Virus record (IMG/VR): IMGVR_UViG_2841800567_000010
Strand: one strand, 5' to 3'
Origin: an uncultured virus (IMG/VR IMGVR_UViG_2841800567_000010)
Taxonomy: Duplodnaviria; Heunggongvirae; Uroviricota; Caudoviricetes
Length of the DNA stretch: 20,000 nt
A program made the position numbers and the translations under genes. The notes below the pieces were generated by a model. That model saw only the letters and a program-made list of their open reading frames with translations. It had not been told where the DNA came from and searched no databases. Each line of letters opens with the position of its first letter. The first letter of the stretch is position 1. Positions 7,327 to 15,055 of the stretch are shown piece after piece.

Positions 7327-7362
7327 CGCTCTTTAACAATCAGGACTGAGGGTGATACACCC
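7327..7362 (+). promoter_or_regulatory. nutL (boxA plus boxB-like hairpin)
   Basis: CGCTCTTTAACAATC followed by GGGTG-ATA-CACCC. Confidence 0.82.
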
Positions 7363-7377
7363 CACCAAAGTGCAGTT

Positions 7378-7545
7378 GGCTTTGGGATTGGATGAATGCG
7401 CAGGCTGATGCGCACCGAGATCGCAATGTAAGTCGCTATGCGCAGTGATAGATGGTATGCGCGGCGTAATGCCGTACAAGGTCTGGTTTAGTGCCATCCA
7501 GAATGCCGGAAATTACACAGCACCGGCCATCCAATCACCTAAGCC
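7378..7545 (+). ncRNA. Structured RNA in the N leader (long closing stem, probable RNase III substrate, multi-hairpin interior)
   Basis: GGCTTTGGGATTGGATG pairs with CATCCAATCACCTAAGCC; internal hairpins at 7398-7413, 7462-7474, 7482-7502 and 7505-7527. Confidence 0.6.
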
Positions 7546-7561
7546 AATTACAGGAGGCTCT

Positions 7562-7813
7562 ATGCCACGCAATAAGCAAAAGAATCTGGCCCGAGCCGCA
7601 GCGCACCGGGCTGAGAAGCAGAAAGATATGCGGTTAGGCCGCAAGGTTGAGGCAGCCATGACCGGCTGCTCTGACCGCGTACTGAAAGCAGTCACCCAGG
7701 CACCTAACTGGCGTGTTAAGCCAGTTGAAAGCGCATCCATTTGTTTGCCCGAGGTCGCGCAGTTTGCCGCCGGGTTCCGCAAGCCAACAAAGAGCATTTA
7801 TCCAGCGAGGTGA
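7562..7813 (+). CDS. N: N antitermination protein
   Basis: First PL gene, AGGAGG RBS; RAEKQ N-terminal motif and C-terminal SICLPEVAQFAAGFRK typical of the N family. Confidence 0.85.
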   Translation: MPRNKQKNLARAAAHRAEKQKDMRLGRKVEAAMTGCSDRVLKAVTQAPNWRVKPVESASICLPEVAQFAAGFRKPTKSIYPAR

Positions 7814-7817
7814 CAGC

Positions 7818-8309
7818 GTGAGTAAGCGATTGGAGGTTCTGACAGCCTCTCTGGCAAAGAAAGAGGCGAGGTTTGATAAGCGATTACAGAATCACTTCGA
7901 AACAGTTGCTCAGGCTAATGGGCAGCCACTCAACGATAAGCGCAATGGACGCTCAACGCTGAATAAGTGGGATAAGCAGAGTGATGGACTAAGGTCTTTA
8001 CAAGACGGCATTCAGCGTACAAAAGATGCAATCGAGCGTGAGGAGAATAAAATTACTCTCGCCAGTACAGTTGACCTTCTGCTATACATTCAGCAGGCGA
8101 TTGATGAAGGGATAATAAGCCAATGGCGGAAATTTCCTCGTTTTTTCTTCGTAACTGGCGTTAAACATGGACGCATAGTATTAGATGAAAATACCGGAAT
8201 TATTTCTCACAGATATTTGAGCAAAGTTTCGAAAGAAGAATATCCAGTATTTCGGGATGTATTTAACAAGATTAATAAGCAATGCAGGGAATCACAACAG
8301 GCAGCATAA
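7818..8309 (+). CDS. Phage hypothetical protein (163 aa)
   Basis: GTG start after GAGGT RBS right behind the N stop; helical/coiled-coil N-terminal half. Confidence 0.75.
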   Translation: MSKRLEVLTASLAKKEARFDKRLQNHFETVAQANGQPLNDKRNGRSTLNKWDKQSDGLRSLQDGIQRTKDAIEREENKITLASTVDLLLYIQQAIDEGIISQWRKFPRFFFVTGVKHGRIVLDENTGIISHRYLSKVSKEEYPVFRDVFNKINKQCRESQQAA

Positions 8310-8353
8310 GCTGCCATTTTTATTTTACATACAGCGTGACGGTGAGGTAATTA

Positions 8354-8563
8354 ATGGGAACGCCCACGGGGAATTATGTCACCTTTACAAAAGGTCTTGG
8401 TCGCGGTAGTGACTATTTTGGACCCTGTGAAGTGTGTGGAAAGCATGTATCAGAGACATTCGTAGCACGGGTTAAACGGGAATGGAAGCGCGAAAATGGA
8501 GAACTTTATTATGGTTGCGCCCCCAGCCTTTATGGTCATGAAAAATGTGTTACTAAGAGATAA
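8354..8563 (+). CDS. Small putative Zn-binding phage protein
   Basis: GAGGT RBS; CEVC and HEKC motifs. Confidence 0.7.
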   Translation: MGTPTGNYVTFTKGLGRGSDYFGPCEVCGKHVSETFVARVKREWKRENGELYYGCAPSLYGHEKCVTKR

Positions 8564-8586
8564 AAGGCCGCAAAAGCGGCTTTTTT
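8564..8586 (+). terminator. tL-type terminator
   Basis: GGCCGC-AAAA-GCGGCT plus T run. Confidence 0.8.
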
Positions 8587-8609
8587 ACGCCTTAATATCA
8601 GGAGGGGGA

Positions 8610-8849
8610 ATGAGTAAAGAAACAGGTGGGCCAGCTTTTGCTCAAAGCGGATTTGTATCGGCAGCAGGTCAGAGCTTTGTTAGTGAAGATTGTGGTGGTG
8701 CTGGTATGACGCTTCGCGATTATTTTGCAGCCGAGGCAATTAACGGAATCTTGTCTGATTCTGATGCAGGATTGCTTGACGACGACCTGCAATGTTATGC
8801 GGGGATTTCATATCGGCTTGCAGACGCCATGCTCGAAGCCCGCAAATAA
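8610..8849 (+). CDS. Conserved phage hypothetical protein (GGPAF...GMTLRDYFAA type)
   Basis: GGAGG RBS; GMTLRDYFAA and YRLADAMLEAR motifs recur in phage proteins. Confidence 0.78.
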   Translation: MSKETGGPAFAQSGFVSAAGQSFVSEDCGGAGMTLRDYFAAEAINGILSDSDAGLLDDDLQCYAGISYRLADAMLEARK

Positions 8850-8866
8850 CCCTGTAAGGAGAGAAG

Positions 8867-9090
8867 ATGGAAGAATTGATAGAAAAAATAAAAAAATTTA
8901 CCCAGCCGCTGATAACGCATTTTCATATTGCGACATGGATTTCTCTCAGCGTATGGATGCAATAAAAAAGTGGAATGCTTTATTGACGCCTGAAAATATT
9001 ATGGGGCTAATTAAATACATTGAAGATAAAGACGAAGAAATTGAGCAACTTCAGGAGAAAGTATATTTACTTATAGAACAAATTGAGTGA
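8867..9090 (+). pseudogene. Ead/Ea22-like small gene interrupted by a frameshift at an A7 run
   Basis: TAAGGAG RBS plus ATG 8867 (MEELIEKIKK); the -1 frame continues IYPAADNA...TPENIMGLIKYIE to stop 9090; shift at A run 8890-8896. Confidence 0.6.
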
Positions 9091-9168
9091 CAGCCCAATG
9101 CCGTGACAGGCGGCATTACGATGTTGCCCATCATCCACTGACCTGTTCAATTAAATCAAGGAAACGCC

Positions 9169-9660
9169 ATGCAACTATCTCATTCTGAGTTGCAGTCAGT
9201 ACTTTCTTATTCACCCGAAACAGGAAGATTCACTTGGAATAAGAAAAGCGGAACCAAAATAAGGAACTCAGTGGCGGGGACTCATCACAAAACTGGATAC
9301 GTAGTGATCACCATCCAAAAGAAACCTTATAGAGCACACCGTTTGGCTTGGTTTTATGTGTATGGAGAGTGGCCTACCGAAGATATTGACCACATAAATC
9401 GAATCCGATCAGACAACCGGCTTTGTAATTTAAGGCTGGCGAATAAAAGCCAAAATCAACATAACACAGGGTTAGGTAGAAATAACTCTTCTGGCTTTAA
9501 AGGGGTTTATTTCTCAACCCGAGAAGGGAAATTTCTTGCCCAAATAATGGTGAGCCGCAAGAGGGTATCTCTTGGTTATCACCGAACCACAATAGAAGCA
9601 CATCAAGCATATAAGAACGCAGCCGCCATATATCATGGCGAGTTTTCATCTGAAAAATAA
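9169..9660 (+). CDS. HNH homing endonuclease with C-terminal AP2-like domain
   Basis: YRAHRLAW...DIDHINRIRSDNRLCNLR (HNH); NNSSGFKGVYF...LGY...EAHQAY (AP2). Confidence 0.92.
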   Translation: MQLSHSELQSVLSYSPETGRFTWNKKSGTKIRNSVAGTHHKTGYVVITIQKKPYRAHRLAWFYVYGEWPTEDIDHINRIRSDNRLCNLRLANKSQNQHNTGLGRNNSSGFKGVYFSTREGKFLAQIMVSRKRVSLGYHRTTIEAHQAYKNAAAIYHGEFSSEK

Positions 9661-9671
9661 AAGGAATAGCC

Positions 9672-9803
9672 ATGCAACAGTATGCCGTTGCAGGGTGGCC
9701 TGTTGCTGGCCGCTCTGAATCATTACTCGACATTATTACTAAGCGCCTGCGTTCCGGCTGTCGCAAATTATTAGACACACTGAAGCAGAAAGGGAGGCCG
9801 TAA
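9672..9803 (+). CDS. cIII: CIII, FtsH protease inhibitor (43 aa; not in the ORF track)
   Basis: Translates MQQYAVAGWPVAGRSESLLDIITKRLRSGCRKLLDTLKQKGRP, closely resembling lambda CIII; AAGGA RBS. Confidence 0.9.
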   Translation: MQQYAVAGWPVAGRSESLLDIITKRLRSGCRKLLDTLKQKGRP

Positions 9804-9928
9804 TGATATTCACCATCGATGGATTCCACCTGATTATTGCCATCAAGGGTAATATCTGCGCATTCCCAAATACAAATGCCGGATATAAGGAAATGGCTGA
9901 AGCATGGATTAGCGCGAGGTTAAAATAA
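9803..9928 (+). CDS. 41-aa protein in the kil position, possibly P22 Kil-like
   Basis: TAATG coupling to cIII, GGAGG RBS; MIFTIDGFHLIIAIKGNICAFPNTNAGYKEMAEAWISARLK. Confidence 0.55.
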   Translation: MIFTIDGFHLIIAIKGNICAFPNTNAGYKEMAEAWISARLK

Positions 9929-10107
9929 TGAAATTTAACTCACTGGCAGCAACTATAGAAGTAAGTCACATATGGCGAAAGGCATACATATGCACAGCTT
10001 TGGCTTATCGCCGAGCAGGTCGCCATGAAGATAAAAGACTGGCATTAAAAGCAGCCTATCTTGAAAAAATAAACTCTCGCCATTTTCTTGGCCCCGCTCC
10101 ATTCTGA
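9928..10107 (+). CDS. 59-aa hypothetical protein upstream of erf
   Basis: TAATG coupling, GAGGT RBS; MKFNSLAAT...RHFLGPAPF. Confidence 0.65.
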   Translation: MKFNSLAATIEVSHIWRKAYICTALAYRRAGRHEDKRLALKAAYLEKINSRHFLGPAPF

Positions 10108-10115
10108 GGTGATTG

Positions 10116-10751
10116 ATGAGCAAGGAATTCTATGCGAGGCTTGCAGAAATCCAACGAACACTGAACGCACCAAAAAATCAGTACAACTCATTTGGTAAAT
10201 ACAAGTACAGGAGTTGTGAGGATATCCTGGAAGGCGTGAAGCCACTGCTAAATGGCCTGTTTCTCTCAATTTCTGACGAGATTGTACCAATAGGCGACCG
10301 GTATTACGTGCGGGCCACAGCCACCATTACAGACGGTGAGACCACAATCACCGCATCAGCAATGGCGCGCGAGGAAGAGTCAAAAAAAGGAATGGATGCA
10401 GCTCAGGTAACGGGCGCTACCAGCTCATATGCGCGTAAATACTGCCTTAACGGATTGTTTGGCATTGATGATTCCAGGGATGCTGATACTGACGAGCATA
10501 AAAATCAGCAGAATTCAGCAAGGCAGCAGTCATACCAGCAGAATAGACAGGCGGCAAATAATCACCCCCCTCCCGCCAGAACGCCACAGCAGATTCTCAC
10601 GGCTTTCACTGAGTACGCACTGAAGTCCTCTATTGTCGAACTTGAGAGGGCGTGGAAATCAGCTGATAAAAGCCTCGCTGGCACAGAGCAGCATGGTAAG
10701 GCTCAGTCAGTGTATCTCGACAGAAAAGCTGAATTAGAGCAACCAGCATAA
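10116..10751 (+). CDS. erf: Erf-family single-strand annealing protein
   Basis: MSKEFYARLAEIQ..LNAPKNQYNSFGKYKYRSCEDILEGVKPLL and GATSSYARKYCLNGLFGIDD match P22 Erf. Confidence 0.93.
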   Translation: MSKEFYARLAEIQRTLNAPKNQYNSFGKYKYRSCEDILEGVKPLLNGLFLSISDEIVPIGDRYYVRATATITDGETTITASAMAREEESKKGMDAAQVTGATSSYARKYCLNGLFGIDDSRDADTDEHKNQQNSARQQSYQQNRQAANNHPPPARTPQQILTAFTEYALKSSIVELERAWKSADKSLAGTEQHGKAQSVYLDRKAELEQPA

Positions 10752-10771
10752 CCCTCTCGCAGGAAACCACC

Positions 10772-11041
10772 ATGCCTACATCAAAACCTCATACCGGGGC
10801 GGCATCGTCATGCCCATCCGCCGCCATTGTCGCCGAAGTTGGTGAGGCATGGCTTGCAGCAAAAGAAGGAAGGAGTCACCCGCGCATCATTTCTAAAACG
10901 CCTGAGCAGCGTAAAGCAGAGCTGCAAACCAGCAGCTACGCCAGAGATGCAGCCAGTTATCCCGAACTGCCACGCATCCACTTATCAGAATCATGGGGTG
11001 GTGTTTATGAAGGGCTGAATAGCCATGACCTCAACACATAA
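10772..11041 (+). CDS. Hypothetical protein in the abc (anti-RecBCD) position
   Basis: AGGA RBS; synteny after erf; only weak resemblance to Abc2. Confidence 0.6.
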   Translation: MPTSKPHTGAASSCPSAAIVAEVGEAWLAAKEGRSHPRIISKTPEQRKAELQTSSYARDAASYPELPRIHLSESWGGVYEGLNSHDLNT

Positions 11042-11050
11042 CGGAACAAT

Positions 11051-11632
11051 ATGATGGAAAAATACTACGTATCGGGCGTCAAAACCGACGCTAAAGGCCA
11101 CTGTGAAATCTGTGATGACGACTCCGCGAACTTTTACACCCTCTATGAAAGGAATGAGTCAGGAGAAAGCCAGGGAATTATCGATCTGAACTTTCGTGAA
11201 GATGCAGACGCAGCGATGAAAGTTTACGTTGAACGTAACGCCCTGCAGCAGCAGGTGAACGCGCTGGCAGCTGAAGGGGCAATGATGCGCCAGATTATCG
11301 ATTCAGTAACTGACCTCGATAACGAACCTCAGTATCACTACGAAGGCATGGGGTGCGGACTGGAAGACCGAAACATCACTGACCGCTACGAGGCGATGCG
11401 TCATGGTTGGGATCAGGCGATGGAAAGCGTTTACGGCGAGTTAATCCCCTGCGCTGATCAGCTGGATTTTTCAGCTACCGATGCCGCTATCAGGGAGATG
11501 ATGGCGCAGGGTGTGGAGAAATTGGCTATTCACCTTCGTGCAAATGGCAATGATGCATCTCCATGTAATTTGATTGCAATTGGCGCAGAAGATTTTGCTG
11601 CCCAACTCCGCGCCGGTGAGGTGTCCAAATGA
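11051..11632 (+). CDS. Ea-region phage hypothetical protein
   Basis: GMGCGLEDRNITDRYEAM block; C-terminal ATDAAIREMMAQGVE...FAAQLRAG typical of ea-region proteins. Confidence 0.75.
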   Translation: MMEKYYVSGVKTDAKGHCEICDDDSANFYTLYERNESGESQGIIDLNFREDADAAMKVYVERNALQQQVNALAAEGAMMRQIIDSVTDLDNEPQYHYEGMGCGLEDRNITDRYEAMRHGWDQAMESVYGELIPCADQLDFSATDAAIREMMAQGVEKLAIHLRANGNDASPCNLIAIGAEDFAAQLRAGEVSK

Positions 11633-12204
11633 AAAAGTTCGAACTTGTTGCTGAAATTTCCAAAGAGTTTTTCGGTAGAAAACTGTTCCGCATTCGCGCC
11701 ATGATTTCGTTTGGTAATGTTCAAACTGGTGATTTGGGTGGCTGGGTTGAGAGCGAGAGTAATGTAGAACAGTCCGGCAATGCATGGGTGTACGGCGATG
11801 CATGGGTGTCCGGCGATGCGAAGGTGTACGGCAATGCGAAGGTGTCCGGCGATGCATGGGTGTACGGCAATGCGAAGGTGTACGGCAATGCGCAGGTGTA
11901 CGGCGATGCATGGGTGTACGGCAATGCGAAGGTGTACGGCAATGCGAAGGTGTCCGGCGATGCGCACTGGATCTCTATCGGGCCAATTGGTTCAGAGAAT
12001 GGTTTCCTGACAGCGTTCCGGCAGCGTGATAACAGCATCATGGTCAGACGCGGATGTTTCTCTGGCACGATTGACGAGTTTGAGTCAGCTGTTAACGATA
12101 CGCACAGCGACAACCAGCACGGCGATATTTATCGCGCCCTGATTCTGGTTATTAAGTTGAGGCTGGCAGAAGTTGAAGGTGAGCAGGGAGGCGACCATGC
12201 GTGA
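11629..12204 (+). CDS. Hexapeptide-repeat (left-handed beta-helix-like) phage protein
   Basis: KLFRIRA...GDLGGWVESE N-terminus, 11 [SY]G[ND]AxV-type repeats, C-terminal RGCFSGTIDEFE. Confidence 0.85.
   Translation: MKKFELVAEISKEFFGRKLFRIRAMISFGNVQTGDLGGWVESESNVEQSGNAWVYGDAWVSGDAKVYGNAKVSGDAWVYGNAKVYGNAQVYGDAWVYGNAKVYGNAKVSGDAHWISIGPIGSENGFLTAFRQRDNSIMVRRGCFSGTIDEFESAVNDTHSDNQHGDIYRALILVIKLRLAEVEGEQGGDHA
11773..11970 (+). repeat. Coding tandem repeat, 11 x 18 bp
   Basis: Unit T(A/C)CGGC(A/G)ATGC(ATGG/GAAG)GTG repeated head to tail. Confidence 0.92.
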
Positions 12205-12421
12205 ACTCCCCACTCCATCGGATGTGCAGTTGAGCATCGTTCGCCCAAGGGGTGATTTAGAAAACCCAATCAGGATGATTATCCGCGTTGAGCGAGGGAA
12301 AACAATCACTCTGGAAATATTACCCCATGAGTTTGCCCTGGCTCTAACCGGTAGTAGTGACAGAGGTGCAAAAATGTACCTGCGAAATATTGAAGTGAAG
12401 CGCATCGGGGGTGACTCATGA
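12197..12421 (+). CDS. Hypothetical protein (74 aa)
   Basis: GGAGG RBS before ATG 12197; overlaps both neighbours. Confidence 0.7.
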   Translation: MRELPTPSDVQLSIVRPRGDLENPIRMIIRVERGKTITLEILPHEFALALTGSSDRGAKMYLRNIEVKRIGGDS

Positions 12422-12897
12422 ACCAGCGCCCTATTCTCGACATGTGCTGCGGCTCCCGCATGTTCTGGCTGAACAAGTCTGACCCTCGTGCCGTATTTAC
12501 TGACATTCGCAGTGAGTCGCATACGCTGTGCGATGGTAGGCCATTGCACATCTCGCCGGACATTATCGCTGATTTTCGCGCTCTGCCATTTGCTGATAAC
12601 TCCTTCTCACAGGTTGTATTCGATCCGCCTCATCTCGTTCGCGTCGGTGAAAAGGCATGGATGGGTAAAAAGTATGGCCGGTTAAACCGAGAAACGTGGC
12701 AGGACGATATTAGACAAGGATTTGGTGAGGCGTTCAGAGTGCTGCGGCCACAAGGAACTCTCATCTTTAAGTGGAATGAAACGCAGATACCAGCCAGCCA
12801 GATAATTGCCCTGACTGACCAAGAACCGACAATCTGGCAACGTACCGGAAAGGCCGACAAAACTCACTGGATTCTGTTTATTAAGGAGCCAGCATGA
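12418..12897 (+). CDS. Small class I SAM-dependent methyltransferase, copy 1 (DPPH, amino-MTase-like)
   Basis: ILDMCCGSRMFW SAM-binding motif, VVFDPPH, EAFRVLRPQGTLIFKW. Confidence 0.88.
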   Translation: MNQRPILDMCCGSRMFWLNKSDPRAVFTDIRSESHTLCDGRPLHISPDIIADFRALPFADNSFSQVVFDPPHLVRVGEKAWMGKKYGRLNRETWQDDIRQGFGEAFRVLRPQGTLIFKWNETQIPASQIIALTDQEPTIWQRTGKADKTHWILFIKEPA

Positions 12898-13616
12898 CAA
12901 TTACAGCAGCTAAAGAAATTGAAAAAACACTGACTATGATAGCCCGGTCTCAGCGCCTGCTTGAAAGCTTACAAGATAACGAAATTGACTCTGATTATTT
13001 TGCTGTTATTGCGACATCAGAGAACGGCACGGATGCCATCGAAGAATACTGCATAACTGATTTTGCCTTAAACATTGCAGCGTTGATGAGGCGAATTAAG
13101 GAAACCATCGAAGCCCAGGCGGTGCGGATTGCTGAGCTGAAAGAAGAAGCAGGACACTATAAGGAATGCTACTGGGCGTCTCAGAAAGAGCTGGCGGCGC
13201 TGCGGGAGCAGGAGCCGATCGGTTATATCGACCCGGACTCGTTGCGAGAATACCGTGGAGTTAAATCGGGTGGGAGCTGGTCAGATAAACCCAAACGTGA
13301 CGAGTACAATCAAACGACTCCCATATTCGCCCAGCCAGTACCGACCGCCCCGGTTGCTGTGCCGGAAGAGGTCGCTAACATTACTGAGGCAAACAATTAT
13401 ACAGCCGGAAATGCCTATGAACTGGATGCATGGATGCGCGGCGCTAACTGGATGCGAGCCGAAGTTCTGCGTCTCAACAGCGGGAGTAAGCCGCAGCGGT
13501 TTGTTGTGGCGCTACCTGGTCGCGTTGAGGCTGATTGCGACTATCAGCATTATTTGCTGGCCGAAGAGGATGTTATCGCAGCTATCCGGGCCGCTGGTGG
13601 GGAGATTGCAGAATGA
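12894..13616 (+). CDS. Ea-region mosaic hypothetical protein
   Basis: ATGA coupling; RIAEL coiled coil, EQEPIGY, GANWMRAEVL and VIAAIRAAG modules typical of ea genes. Confidence 0.72.
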   Translation: MTITAAKEIEKTLTMIARSQRLLESLQDNEIDSDYFAVIATSENGTDAIEEYCITDFALNIAALMRRIKETIEAQAVRIAELKEEAGHYKECYWASQKELAALREQEPIGYIDPDSLREYRGVKSGGSWSDKPKRDEYNQTTPIFAQPVPTAPVAVPEEVANITEANNYTAGNAYELDAWMRGANWMRAEVLRLNSGSKPQRFVVALPGRVEADCDYQHYLLAEEDVIAAIRAAGGEIAE

Positions 13617-14089
13617 TGAATGCAAAAGAGTCATACCAGGTAGAGGATTGGATGAAGCCTTATCTGGAGTTATTTGTAAATACCGGTGGTAATGACGTTG
13701 AAGAACTGCTGCACGATGAGAGCACAACGCCATTTGCTAATGTTGTTCGCTATCTGCTGATTGCCGCTGTACGTTCTCAGTTCGATTTATTGAAAAGGCT
13801 GAAAGCTAAAGGGGGGCTTACTGATGCTCTCACGCCCGGGAATATGAACACATGGATAGAGGGGCAGGTATTACCAGATAGTGCATTGAAGGCCAGTTAC
13901 GAAACCGGGGCAGGAAAGGTTATTTGTGCTGTAGCTGAAGTTGATGAGGCATTACAGGCTGAAGGTTACCCGGAGCTGTGTTGGTCTTATGTTGATGTTG
14001 TTCCGGGGGTGATTATTGACAGGTGCACTAACAGCAACATAACGAATCATGTTGTGCGCTGGTTGCCGGTTGCGAGGATGCCAGAATGA
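13613..14089 (+). CDS. Hypothetical protein
   Basis: ATGA coupling on both sides, GGAG RBS; ends HVVRWLPV. Confidence 0.68.
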   Translation: MMNAKESYQVEDWMKPYLELFVNTGGNDVEELLHDESTTPFANVVRYLLIAAVRSQFDLLKRLKAKGGLTDALTPGNMNTWIEGQVLPDSALKASYETGAGKVICAVAEVDEALQAEGYPELCWSYVDVVPGVIIDRCTNSNITNHVVRWLPVARMPE

Positions 14090-14520
14090 ATATTGAAGAA
14101 CGGCAGGCGCTGATTGATCGATGCAAAACTATTGCAGCATGGCGGGAAAAATACGGTGATTACGCAAACGTTATGATGCCAGCGCTGGAGGCAAAAAAGA
14201 TAGCAGAAATCGCCCTCTCCTCACTTCAGGCTGATGGTTCCCTCACTGATGAGGATACCACCCCGCAATCGCCAGCACAGCAGTGGATTCGGTGTAGTGA
14301 GCGGCTGCCGGTGGAAGGTCAATCAGTAGTTATCGCCAATATAGGCCACGGCTGTATTTGTGAGGCGGCGGCCGTCACATACTACCCACCTCATTTTGCA
14401 TTAATTGAAGGGCTTGAGGCCAGTAACTATGATGGCGGGGCATCAATATCCCTAGCGTTCGAAGCCACTCATTGGATGCCGCTGCTGGCAGCACCAGAGC
14501 CCGGAGGTGATGAGTCATAA
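14086..14520 (+). CDS. Eaa-like protein with DUF551-type domain
   Basis: WIRCSERLP...ATHWMPLLAAPE signature. Confidence 0.8.
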   Translation: MNIEERQALIDRCKTIAAWREKYGDYANVMMPALEAKKIAEIALSSLQADGSLTDEDTTPQSPAQQWIRCSERLPVEGQSVVIANIGHGCICEAAAVTYYPPHFALIEGLEASNYDGGASISLAFEATHWMPLLAAPEPGGDES

Positions 14521-14572
14521 CCATCAACATCTTATTCATAGCCCTGTGCATTGTGGCTGCGCGAGAAAGACT

Positions 14573-14595
14573 GAGTCGCTGAAGCGGCTTTTTTT
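14573..14595 (+). terminator. Intrinsic terminator
   Basis: GAGTCGC-TGAA-GCGGCTT plus T run. Confidence 0.7.
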
Positions 14596-14620
14596 GTGTC
14601 CAGAATTCGGAGTAACCAAC

Positions 14621-14830
14621 ATGTATGCAGACCAAATTGACGAGGCAGCAGCACGTCAGCAGCAGATGATTGATAACGCCCTGGCTAACCGACCAGTGCC
14701 GCAAATGACATTTACCGGCGAGTGCCACTGGTGCGAAGAGTCGATCAACAGTGGCCATTTCTGTGATGCTGAGTGCCGCGATGACCACGCAAAAATGATA
14801 TGGGCAGAGAGCCAGAGAAGAGCTGGATGA
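14621..14830 (+). CDS. Small C4 Zn-finger protein, TraR/DksA-like architecture
   Basis: GGAG RBS; N-terminal DQIDEA (DxxDxA) helix, then CHWC...CDAEC. Confidence 0.72.
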   Translation: MYADQIDEAAARQQQMIDNALANRPVPQMTFTGECHWCEESINSGHFCDAECRDDHAKMIWAESQRRAG

Positions 14831-15055
14831 ATGGAGCCAGCGACTGAAAACGCGTTGCGGTCAGTAGCCCGAAGTTGCAGGGAGGAAATCATCAGTGCCA
14901 AGAAAGGCAAGCCCAAACCCGAGCACGACCGCATTACTACCCTTCTGTTAGACAAATACACCAAACTAATCACCGCGCTGCCGCCTGGCAGATACCCGGC
15001 CCGTCAATGGCTGGTCTACTTCGTGCGCGTGGTGGATAAGGAGATGAAGAATTGA
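14831..15055 (+). CDS. Phage hypothetical protein (74 aa)
   Basis: Abuts both neighbours in the operon. Confidence 0.7.
   Translation: MEPATENALRSVARSCREEIISAKKGKPKPEHDRITTLLLDKYTKLITALPPGRYPARQWLVYFVRVVDKEMKN

Noticed and set aside
7445..7561. Longer N start at 7445
   Set aside because: Falls within the structured leader; AGGAGG supports ATG 7562
11773..11970. Possible CRISPR array or DGR repeat
   Set aside because: Head-to-tail in-frame coding repeats without unique spacers; no cas or reverse transcriptase gene in the window
11471..12113. Several overlapping ORFs on both strands with repetitive translations
   Set aside because: Artefacts of the stop-free 18-bp tandem repeat
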